DNA of 63,277 nucleotides, counting the filler, from Octopus bimaculoides (taxonomy: Eukaryota), in assembly GCF_001194135.2 (NCBI RefSeq). It is 4 parts of 3 records of this genome, joined end to end, with 100 filler letters (N's around TTAATTAATTAA, not from the genome) between each part and the next. Parts side by side here need not be neighbours in the genome. Positions count along the whole stretch, not along the records: positions 31,213 to 59,517 come from NC_068982.1; 3 more parts are not named here. One strand, 5' to 3'. Position 1 is the stretch's first letter. Each line of letters begins with the position of its first letter. The translations under genes and the position numbers were made by a program. This document shows positions 37,608 through 49,300 of this stretch, piece by piece. A model generated the notes under the pieces. The model was not told where the DNA came from and made no database searches. It saw only the letters and a program-made list of their open reading frames with translations.

Positions 37608-38129
37608 TAACTACTTATATACGTGAGAATAAATATGTTTATTATATCAAAGTAGATAGCCTACTCGGAGTTTCGCGCCTATATGGCCTGTACTGGAAGA
37701 AAATAAGACCATATATATATACACACCCACACACACATCCATATATGTATGTATGTGTATGTAGTGTGTGTGTGTGCATATGTATGTATTACATGTATAT
37801 AGCTATGTACATATATACGTATACAATATAATTGCACAAGTATATGCATAATTATATACATGCAACCATGCACACACACACATACACACACGCACAAATA
37901 CACATTTTATATACATAGATACCCACACATACAAGCATCTAATTTCTAAAGAGACAGGTTCACCTACATCAGTGCAGATGCCTGCATTTACATATATACA
38001 CATTCTAATCCAGTCACATATTTGCAAAATCCGGGAAATATCTTAACTCAAAAACGCTTGTCACTTTGCTAGTTATCGACTTGAATTCCATAAAAAAGAA
38101 CTTGAATAAATTGCGAAGAAAGGACAAAA

Positions 38130-38176
<47 letters not shown>

Positions 38177-38620
38177 GGCATCACCACGAGACGGAATATA
38201 TGTTTTTGTGCCATCATAACCAGCATTCTTTGTATAAATAACATAGCCTAATGAAACGCTATTACGCGAACCTCTCAGATTGCATCACAAATGATAAGAA
38301 CTGTATTTTCTAATATTATACATGTTATGTTTAGTTTGTGAAGCAAACTCATGTGCATATANNNNNNNNNNNNNNNNNNNNNNNNNNNNNNNNNNNNNNN
38401 NNNNNNNNNNNNNNNNNNNNNNNNNNNNNNNNNNNNNNNNNNNNNNNNNNNNNNNNNNNNNNNNNNNNNNNNNNNNNNNNNNNNNNNNNNNNNNNNNNNN
38501 NNNNNNNNNNNNNNNNNNNNNNNNNNNNNNNNNNNNNNNNNNNNNNNNNNNNNNNNNNNNNNNNNNNNNNNNNNNNNNNNNNNNNNNNNNNNNNNNNNNN
38601 NNNNNNNNNNNNNNNNNNNN

Positions 38621-38667
<47 letters not shown>

Positions 38668-38670
<3 letters not shown>

Positions 38671-39185
38671 GGGTTATTCAAAAAGAATGAACCGATTTCA
38701 TTACGCAATATTTTACTAAGGAAAAGCAATAGAAAATTCCTTCTAAGTCATAAGTATTTACTCACAATCAACTTTTATTTCTTGTCTTACAAGTGTTCAT
38801 TGTGGCCACCACCTACAGCACAGGCAACATCAATGCGATAAGAGAATTCCTCTCAGACGCGTATCAGCATATCACAGTCCACTGAGTTGATCGCTGTTTT
38901 TATTCGATGTTTGAGGTCATCGAGGTTAGTGGGCACCGGTGGAACATAAACACGGTCTTTTGCATATCGTCTCAAGAAAAAATAACACTACAGCAATCAA
39001 CTCAGTGGATCGTGATATGCTGATACGCGTCTGATCGCATTTATGTTGCTTGTGCTGCCGGTGGTGGCCATATTGAACACTTATAAGACAGGAAATAAAA
39101 GTTGATTGTGAGTAAATATTTGTGACTTAGCTGGAGTTTTCTATTGCTTTTCCTTACTAAAATATTGTACTGAGGTCGATTGGTT
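38668..39185. mobile_element. Fold-back Tc1/mariner-derived element made of two inverted transposon 3' ends
   Basis: Arms 38706-38897 and 38990-39167 are reverse complements. Left arm (minus) reads YAKDRVYVPPVPTNLDDLKHRIKTAINSVDCDMLIRV*EEFSYRIDVACAVGGGHNEHL*, a Tc1/mariner-type C-terminus. The left end TA-tagggttattcaaaaagaatg is TIR-like. Confidence 0.8.
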
Positions 39186-39242
39186 ACCCAGCATACCTGC
39201 AGTATAATGACTGAACAAATAAAAGAAAAAAGACATATTATA

Positions 39243-39384
39243 AGCGCAGGAGTGGGTGTGCTTCCCATCCACATGATTCCGTGTTCAGTTCCACTGCGTG
39301 GCATTTGTAACTGCCTTCTACTAAAGTCTCAAGCCGACCTTGTGAGTGGATTTGGTAGACGGAAACTGAAAGAAACCCATCGTG

Positions 39385-39385
<1 letters not shown>
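39243..39385 (+). mobile_element. SINE family D 5' half, running into a microsatellite and gap
   Basis: Matches the reverse complement of 60711-60874 (gtgagtggatttggtagacggaaactgaaagaa). Confidence 0.8.
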
Positions 39386-39423
<38 letters not shown>

Positions 39424-39723
39424 NNNNNNNNNNNNNNNNNNNNNNNNNNNNNNNNNNNNNNNNNNNNNNNNNNNNNNNNNNNNNNNNNNNNNNNNNNNNN
39501 NNNNNNNNNNNNNNNNNNNNNNNNNNNNNNNNNNNNNNNNNNNNNNNNNNNNNNNNNNNNNNNNNNNNNNNNNNNNNNNNNNNNNNNNNNNNNNNNNNNN
39601 NNNNNNNNNNNNNNNNNNNNNNNNNNNNNNNNNNNNNNNNNNNNNNNNNNNNNNNNNNNNNNNNNNNNNNNNNNNNNNNNNNNNNNNNNNNNNNNNNNNN
39701 NNNNNNNNNNNNNNNNNNNNNNN

Positions 39724-39757
<34 letters not shown>

Positions 39758-39914
39758 TGTGTGCGTGCGTGTGTGTTACACTCCTGAGTTAATTCTGTTC
39801 GGTACCTAGCTTTTATTTGTAAAGCATTTGACTAGTTATGATGAAGATTACTTAAGAGGAAATGGAATTCTTTGCTTCTCAAAGCATTGAAAGGCTTATT
39901 CTCTGCCTGAAACA

Positions 39915-39984
<70 letters not shown>

Positions 39985-40017
39985 CCTATCTATCTATCTA
40001 TCTACCTTTATGCGTAT

Positions 40018-40053
<36 letters not shown>

Positions 40054-41443
40054 TATTTTCTATGAATTCGGAATTAAATTCCGACAACTCTACAGGTTTT
40101 CTGTTATGTATTGGAATATAAATTTGATTTGAGTTCGATTTTTAGCTGGTACATATCATTCCTATTAATAACGCACTTGAAAATATAAAGCATAAACGAA
40201 TTTTTTTAATTCACCACTGCTAAAAATTTCAAGTTTCATGTCAATATGAAGAAACTGTTACAAACTATTATATTTACTAATTTCAGTTATTGTATTGCGG
40301 TCGTACATGGGCACCAACTTCAATATTATATGTCAAATCTACAGTAATTATTTATGCAATGAATTCAAATTTTCCTTGAACTCAATATGCCATATTAAAT
40401 GTGAAGCTAAATTACACTTGAAGGGCTGTAACAACAAAGCTGTTTCGAAAATGAGTTTGCAAAGACTTATTTTACGAGTGTTTCAGTAATGAATACCGAA
40501 TAATAGGGAGATGAAAATGATCATAGTTTTGCTTTGTAGCTAACAATTTTGTTTTGTAACCATCTAGTTCTAGGTTTTTTTCCTACGGCGCAACACCTTA
40601 ACTACTGTCTCCAATAGTAGCCTCGTTTTAACCTCTACTTTGTGAGTGTAATTCATTACACGGCAATTGAATACAAACCACACCCATATATATATATATA
40701 TATATATATACATACATTTATTTGAATGCGTGTATATTTATGTATATATATACGCATACACGTTTGTATGTATATATGTAAATGTATATATATTTTTATA
40801 CATATGTATATATATGTGTGTGTGTGTGTATATATGTATGTGCATATCCGTGTCTGTTTATGTTTACGCATTCATCACATATATAATCAGATATAATCTA
40901 TAACCGCACAATACTTAGATTCTTGTCATTAGATTAATGTTCGAAGTCTTATATCATCAATAAATTATAATTTGAGTTTTGACAGCTGCAACGTTAATGT
41001 TAAAATGACTGAGCTCTTTGTTAATTATGTACAACAACTCATTAATTTTAAAGAAGTTTGATGCATGCAACATTGCTTTGAATTAGTTGACGATGACACC
41101 ACGTATCTAATGTATGTATTGAACAGTGTCTTTAACCATATCTGCATATCTGTACACGTAAGTTATTGCTGCACTTGGTTAAGGTTACAAAATATGTAAG
41201 TAGCAAAGTCGAGCTGTTGAGGCTTTTGATGCAGAGAAAATAACCAGTTAACGAGCAAATTGTAAATTTCATCTAGATGAAACAGGAAAAGTTTTAAGAT
41301 TTTTCTTACTCACCAGCAAATGAGCTCGATCGGTCTTTACTGGAAAAATTGAAATAATTAGAAAAAAAAACTACATATGTGTACATTAATTTACAAAAGC
41401 ATGCATATTTTATATTCAGACTGCCGCTCACACGCTCATACAG

Positions 41444-41486
<43 letters not shown>

Positions 41487-41706
41487 NNNNNNNNNNNNNN
41501 NNNNNNNNNNNNNNNNNNNNNNNNNNNNNNNNNNNNNNNNNNNNNNNNNNNNNNNNNNNNNNNNNNNNNNNNNNNNNNNNNNNNNNNNNNNNNNNNNNNN
41601 NNNNNNNNNNNNNNNNNNNNNNNNNNNNNNNNNNNNNNNNNNNNNNNNNNNNNNNNNNNNNNNNNNNNNNNNNNNNNNNNNNNNNNNNNNNNNNNNNAAA
41701 GATCTG

Positions 41707-42086
41707 TGGTACTTCATCGGTTACAATGACGAGGGTTCCAGTTGATCCGATTAACGGAACAGCCTGCTCGTGAAATTAACGTGCAAGTGGTTAAGCACTC
41801 CACAGACACGTGTACCCATAATGTAGTTCTCGGGGAGATTCAGCATGACACATAGTGTGACAAGGCTGGCCCTTTGAAATACAGGTAAAACAGAAACAGG
41901 AAGAAAGAAAGAGAGAAAGTTGTGGTGAAAGAGTACAGCAGGGTTCGCCACCACCCCCTGCCGGAGCCTCGTGGAGCTTTAGGTGTTTTCGCTCAATAGA
42001 CACTCACAACGCCCGGTCTGGGAATCGGAATCACGACCCCACGACCGCGAATCCGCTGCCCTAACCACTGGTATAACCGTCTCCAC
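41707..42086 (-). mobile_element. Full-length SINE family B
   Basis: Reverse complement of 13883-14269 over its whole length. Confidence 0.92.
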
Positions 42087-42759
42087 TGTATAAAGATATA
42101 CATATATACATAGACACATACATAAACACATACAAACATTCTTACGATCAAATTAATATTCAATGACCTATATCATCATAATACCAATAAACTCTACTTA
42201 AGTTTTGACAGTTACAGTGTTAATGTTGATCGAGTTGGTCGCTTGTAAATTATACACAGCAAGTCATTAATTTTAAATGAGTCTGACACATGCAACATAA
42301 CTTTGAATTAGTCAACGAGAATATAACGCATTTAGTATATTGTGTATATCATACCTTTTACATTGTGTATTCGCTGCTATGATACTAATACTAAAACATA
42401 ATGAACAAGATAAGTGTTTAGACAAATGGGAATTAAGAGAAATATAGTTGGTTATTTAAATGGTTTTGCGAGACGTATCAACGATTTAAATTACATTAAT
42501 CCTCTTTGAAGTGAGATTTGTTTTAACTTTCAGTCCAGGGCTTCGATTCGCTTTACACAATAAAACATTTCTAGGAGGAGGGTCAGTAATGCTACATACA
42601 CACTTAAATACATACTCTCATATATATATATATACATGTATGCATTTGTATGTACGTCAATATATACACTCATGCTTACGTACATACATCCGGTCGTTGC
42701 GGTTTGATGTTGATACTAAAACAACATACAGTGTGAGCCGTAAGAGAATAATGGATGTG

Positions 42760-42905
42760 TCATTCGTCCCTGTAACATAGCGGTTCGGCAAAAAAGAGCC
42801 AATATAGTTAGTACTAGACTTAAAATGAACTGGTGTTGATTTGCATTGACTAAACACTTCAAGATGGTGCCCCAGCTTGGAAGCTGCATAATGACTGAAA
42901 CAAGT
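42760..42905 (+). mobile_element. SINE family D 3' half
   Basis: tagcggttcggcaaaa...tggtgccccagc...atgactgaaacaag matches the tail of 60431-60874. Confidence 0.7.
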
Positions 42906-43045
42906 ATTTTGCATGTAAACATGTCTCCATCTTTCTGTTTACTCATCTCACTTTTTATTTCTTACTTTCTTTCTTTCTTTCTTTCTTCCTTTCTTTCTCA
43001 ATTCATCTCTCTCTCTTTATATATATANNNNNNNNNNNNNNNNNN

Positions 43046-43095
<50 letters not shown>

Positions 43096-43632
43096 GTTTG
43101 TATGTATGTATGTATGTACGTACGTACGTTTGTATCTGTTTGTGTTAGTTTCTTTTGCGATAAGATGTGTAGAAAACTATACCCCTTATTTGCTGAATAT
43201 AGAAAAGTAACACAGTGGCTCCAAAATGTATTTTATTTCCAACGGCAAAAGTAAACTCTTAATTTGGTCTAGTGTAGTCTGCTCGAAAGGAAATACGAAC
43301 ACAAAAATCCCAAAAGCAAAAGCAGAATAGCCTAGATTCATTCCAAATAATAAAATGTATAACACTGGAAGTTTATAAATGTTTATCGGTAAATTAATTT
43401 TGTATTCTGTAACCTTTAAATCCGAGTAATGTCTGTTTAAAAATCAGACTCTCTCTCTTTCTCTCTCTCTCTCCTTTCTTAGTCTGTTTCTCGCATCCTC
43501 ATGTTTCTGTTTGTCTGTCTGCCTGTCCTCTTTATATATATGTTCTTTGTGATAGTTAAATCAAACTACACGCACACATGCGTACTCACTCTTTTTTCCT
43601 TCTGGAGTTATTTTTTAATATTTGGTGTGGTT

Positions 43633-43836
43633 AAGGCGGCGCGCTGGTAGACTCGTTAGCACGCCAGGCAAAATGCGTTGCGGCATTTCGTCCGTCGTTA
43701 CGTTCTGAGTTCAAATTCCGCCGAGGTCGACTTTACTTTTCATCCTTTCGGTTCAATAAAATAAGTACCAGTTGATTACTGGGATCAACTCACCCCTTCT
43801 CTCGAAATTGCTGGCCTTGTGCCAAAATTTGAAATC
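43633..43836 (+). mobile_element. Full-length SINE family A
   Basis: Head aaggcggcgcgctggtagactcgttagc; TSD AATATTTGGTG(T/A)GGTT, 15/16 (43617-43632 and 43837-43852). Confidence 0.92.
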
Positions 43837-44473
43837 AATATTTGGTGAGGTTAAAATGTTGATTTATATATGGGTAAAGGAAAAATTACGCTTCAAAACA
43901 AAAACAACTGAGTAATAGAAATTTTATTACTTTTAATAATATAGTAAGCTGATTAATTAATTCTGCCGATTAGAAGATTTGCAAGTCACTTGGCTCAGAG
44001 CCAGGTGCTCAACTTGAGAATAGTTTCTCTCTCTGAAATATCAAGAGAGCTGTAATATCATGAGCGCTACGCGTCTTTCATGTCAAACTCACGATTGTTT
44101 TTTTAGAAAGGATCTCTAATGCTAAGTTCACATAATATCTCACCCCTCATCCTGAAATATAGTCCAGTTAGCATTGTAAACATATAACTTCAGTATGATC
44201 TCAACCCAGAGAAACAACAAAGAAAAAAAAAAGAGAGAGAGAGAGAAAACAGATCATTGGTTTCTGATATTTTGAAGCACCTAATTATATAATTTGGCAT
44301 CAAATGCACTAGTATCGCAAACGAATAATAAACGTTTCGCGCTCTGTCGGGAAGAAAGTTACTACTTTCTTGATCTGTCCGGAAATTGTGTTTAACAGGC
44401 TTATCACTTATGCTAAAATCAAAGCTGTTAATTCATAATTTATTCGTTAGTGTATAAATACCAGTGAAATATT

Positions 44474-44689
44474 GGTTTGACATTTTTGGCAGAAGGCAAG
44501 CAACTTTAGGTTAGAGGGTAAGTCGATTACATCGACTCCAGTGCTCAACTGATACTTATTTTATCGACCCCGGAAGAGATGAAAGGCAAAGTGGACCTCG
44601 GCCGCATGTGGACCCAGAACGTACAGGAGGATTAAATGCTTCTAACCATTTTGACCGGCATGCTAACGATTCTGCCAGCTCACCGCCTT
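44474..44689 (-). mobile_element. Full-length SINE family A
   Basis: Ends gattctgccagctcaccgcctt; TSD ATAC(C/T)AGTGAAATATT, 15/16 (44458-44473 and 44690-44705). Confidence 0.9.
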
Positions 44690-45119
44690 ATACTAGTGAA
44701 ATATTAAAAGCATAAAAACAATTATAATAAATGTTTGCTGTTTCACGCCCCCACTTCCCACCAGGTAATTCCTAATCCAGAAGACGTGTTATCGAAGATG
44801 CTTCGGTTATTATCTTCATGTTTTATATTTCGACGTAATAGACCAAGGATTACATTATCCAAGTATCATTGTCCTCTATATAAGAGAGGATGGTGTTACA
44901 TGAGGGAGATGGTGGATGTTGATAATAACGGAGGAAGCAATGATGAAGGTGGAGGTAATGATGATGATAATGGGTGCATGATATAGATAGTGATGATGAT
45001 AATAGAGACAGTAACTATGGTGATTATGATATTGATGGTACTAGGAATTATTGTTAGTTTGTGATGATAACGAGGAGGTTAAAGATGACGGCGTGATGAG
45101 GGGAAAGATAATAATGACT

Positions 45120-45280
45120 TCTAATAGGCACAAAACTAGAAATTTTGGTAGGAGTCAATTCCAGAACTTTACTGATACACTATTTAATTTATTCCAGGAG
45201 GATGTAAAACAAAGTCGATCTTAGCGGAATTCGAACCTAGAACGTAAAGAATCAGAGCAAATTCTGCCAATCCACCAATA
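45120..45280 (-). mobile_element. SINE family A, diverged and deleted copy
   Basis: aaagtcgatcttagcggaattcgaacctagaacgta matches the reverse complement of the core. Confidence 0.65.
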
Positions 45281-45994
45281 ACAATAAATGACGCAACAAT
45301 AACAACAAGTGTCTTATAACTGAAGATCTAATCAGTAAAGTGGTTCAAAATCGTAAACATAACAGCAATAACAACAAATAGAACCTCAGAATCAAACATG
45401 ATAGTTAGTGGAAGGGTGGAAAAAACACAAAGAAACAAATACAAATGCAAAAAAAGCACAAAAAAGGAAAACAAAAACAACAACCACAAAGGCTTCAAAA
45501 TAGAGACTTAGAGTCAGTACATGAATTGATATCGCATATCTACTGGCTGTCTAGAATTATAAAACACTGCTGATATTATTTCGGCCGCTAACTGTCATCT
45601 TCTGCCTTCACCACAACCACAAGTCCAGAACGATGAGTTCGCAGTTTTGCAGCCGATAAGATCTTTTGAAACCGTCATATAATCTGTCGATAAATCATAA
45701 ACCCATAATGCAAATAGACTTGTAATTTATGAATGAGTTCCATTTAATCGAATTTAACCACGTATGATGGTGGAATTCAGTTCTTTTTACTAATAAATCT
45801 CAAAAACTATGAAATTCCCAAAACCAGTCGTATGTCGTCCAATCAATAGTAAGAAGCTCTCTTTTGAATAATCCAGCCAAGGAGGTGAGATTGTGATCAT
45901 CGTATCTCCAGGTTCATACAGAACCATATATTTTATGGTCAGCTTGCACCAATATTTATTTGATGTTTTTAAACAAGCGAGGGAGTAAATAGTT

Positions 45995-46140
45995 ACTCAG
46001 CTTGCTAGAAGTAGCAGCCAAATCTTCCTCCATATCGTACACTAATAATGAAGTGCATCCTGGACGATGTGTTTATGACTATATAAAGAGATACGTTTAC
46101 ACAGGGATGGCTAGGTGAGCTCGATCACGACTGACTGGGA
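45995..46140. mobile_element. Fragment of a further interspersed repeat (family E); related bits at about 23160-23215, 27505-27560 and 29160-29310
   Basis: Shared motif gctagaa-tagcagccaaatct and its reverse complement ttggctgcta-ttc-agcag at several loci. Confidence 0.4.
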
Positions 46141-46254
46141 ATACACAACAACAACAACAGAAATAGCAGCAACATTAACCATTTATTAATATTTTAATAG
46201 AAAATATGAGCTTCATAGGGTTGCTACTATCGTATATATTTTATCTCGTAATTA

Positions 46255-46325
46255 TTTCAGTCATTGGACTGCGGCCACCTTGAAATATTTTGATAGAACG
46301 AGTTGACCCCAGTACTGTGAGACGA
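46255..46325 (-). mobile_element. SINE family D tail fragment
   Basis: tttcagtcattggactgcggcca matches 60455-60478. Confidence 0.6.
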
Positions 46326-49300
46326 AGGATTTTGTAGAGTGTCTAACAAGGAATTCATAGATACGATATAATGTGAATGATGAATTAAAGAGAGGGAAGT
46401 GATAACAAATTCCGTTCAAGAAGAAAAGCGGTAGGTGCTGAAATGATAGCTGAAGAGACAAAGAATAAATATATATCCATGAACAATACATAGTCATGTA
46501 TAATATATACATGTATATATAAATATATACATAGAATCATACAGTGGCTTCGGAATTGCTTCTTATACACACGCACGGATACACACATTCGCCCGCGCAC
46601 AACGTTGACAAATTCACACGCATACATCTATAATATATGATACATGTGTATGTATACACACACACACATAAATATATGTAGACAGGAGGAAGTAAGAAGA
46701 GAAAAGATGCAAAGGAAATGACAGTCGGTGTGATATATATCTATATATATATATATACATATATTTATATATATACATACATCACACACATACTATATAT
46801 ATATATATGTATATATATGTATATATACAAGGAAAAAGGTAAAGAAAGAGAAGAGAGTGTCACGAGTACATATATATAGCATGAAAAAATAAAAACACAT
46901 TGCAGCCCTGCATACACATGAACACTCCTATACATATACACACCATTACGCACATATTTATAAAAAAACTACAGCAATAACCAACCTAAACAAACAGCAA
47001 AAATTTTGATAAAAGTTTTTGTGATTTGAAAAATATGTGTTTAGCTGCACAAGGATTTAATTGACAATTGCACCCACAAAGAAACTAACTTCGTTCGCTC
47101 TACACTTGTCACACCAGAAAATTAGATTCTAGTGATTATTTTAAACGAACAGAAATCAAAGGCTAACGTCAGAACAGAAGCAATCCACAGTGAAGTGAGC
47201 AGTATCAATTGTAAAGTTTTATTCATCGATACCTAATTATAGTTTACTGCCTTATTAACATTATTGAATTTTGTTTTAAGACTCTCATTAACTTTGCTGT
47301 GTGACTGATGCTATCGACGATATCAAAGAGTAAGATACCAGATCAACTAACAATTGATAGACGCCACTAAAATTAAGAGGAAATCTGTATAACGTCAGCT
47401 TATGATTACGTCTGCCCCAACTGTGTCATTGGCCGAAATTAAGCATCGTGCGTGTTTGTGTATGTGCATATATAAGAGTGAGTATATATGTGTTTGTGTG
47501 TATAAATATGTATATGTTGTATGCGCATGTGTGTGTGTGTGTGTACGTAATTGTTTGTGATAAGGTATATGTTATATGGTGCAGAATTTTATTAATTTTC
47601 TTTGAGCAATGATGATTAAAATAATTAATTAGAAAATAAACAAGAGGGTAATACTTGATCGTCGTGACAATATAGTATTAGCAAGGAGAATTTTCAGATA
47701 GGAGAATTTTATTTCATTCATTTGCATGTATAAAATCAACAAGGTAAAAAAAAATAAAAGCATGGCAAATGTAAAGAATTAAAATAAATCAACTTAAAAA
47801 GTCTTAATTTGGCTGGGTAGTTATTTTAATCCTCAATTTTGCAACATGGCTTCTTAGTTCAAATACTATATTTTTTCAAATTTTAAACAAAAAGGCATGT
47901 TCAATTTGTCGATATTTATCATTCCTAAAGATAAAATACATATTTCTTAAAGTTTTAGTCGCGTGGAAATGAAAAATAGTGATGTATTTCACTAACGGTG
48001 AGATATTTTAAAATTTATTGGTTAGAAGTAATTGTACGGTTTCAACTAGAAAATCGAACCAGTTTTCTAATCTCGACTAGCTTAGAACATTATTTCATGA
48101 CTTTAGATTGAGCTGACATCTTAAATCTGTGGCCGTATTTGTTTCTTATATGTGAATATGAATATGTGATAGTGATGCCGTCTAAAAGGCATTAGAATTT
48201 CATATAGTTTAAACACAATCATTTGAAAGCTACAACATTTCTATATACAAACCCGGACTGTTTAACTCTTACACTAGAGCAAACCAGTTATTTTAATGCC
48301 TTACTTTGCAAATAATGTCTCCATGTACTAACAACGTTGTTTTCACCGTATAAATACTGAGATTTTGATAAGATTACTGTAGTAACCCATTATTATGACG
48401 ATTTATTTCAATCATTACAATGGGGCAGTTGCCTGAATATATCTTCAATAATCAAAAATATCTCAGTGAAGCTTTTGCATGGATAAAATCTTTCATACAG
48501 CTGTATATTTAAAAAAGAAAAAAAAACTTATTCATCGGAAAGACACATTTTAGTTTCTTATAAGAAAAAGTTCTTTAGTTTTCTAATTATTGTAGTTTCT
48601 ATCTGGCTCACTTTAACTTCTTATGCACATTTGCTAAGCAGTAGTATTTTCGTGTTCCATAGTATTCACCTGTACAATAGAAGCTTGCCAACATCAAATA
48701 TCGATCACAATCATTCAATTAAAACCCATCATGCACTGCGTTCTCTGAGCATTTTACAAGAATCCCACTGAATAGTCAATAAAAGCATCGCTTTTTTACA
48801 GTCCAAAGCATTTTTCAAACTTTTCATTTACGCCATTGAATGTGTCAAATTATAATCACGGGGAATTAAAGAAGATTATTTGCATACTCAAAGATATTAT
48901 ACCATTGTTGAGTCGTTGAATATTTATTAACATTTGAGTCAGTTATTATCTAACACGAATTGGAAATTTGGTATGGCACGACGCTAAAAATGTTGAGTGT
49001 AAACAAGGAAGTTACAGTTTCGGTTATAGCTAATGTGCAATGTTTCTCATCGATCATGTGATTGTAATTCAACTCCAAAGCATTTTTTCTGAGTTACTGA
49101 CCTACAAAATAAATATTCATTCAATGTTTCTCACCTCAGCTATGAAAGACATTGATAATATAATCGCAGAGACACCCGAATGTAGTTATAGAAGAACAGA
49201 ACAAATCGATGTCTATTATTATCGTTGTAATTAATATTATTAATTACGGTTTCTTTTATTAGCCATAGGTCTACATAACAAAATAATTCATATTAATAAT

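Noticed and set aside
38170-38285. Minus-strand stretch GYVIYTKNAGYDGTKTYIPSRG resembling an FN3 strand
   Set aside because: Only about 39 codons, no convincing donor, and opposite to the candidate gene.
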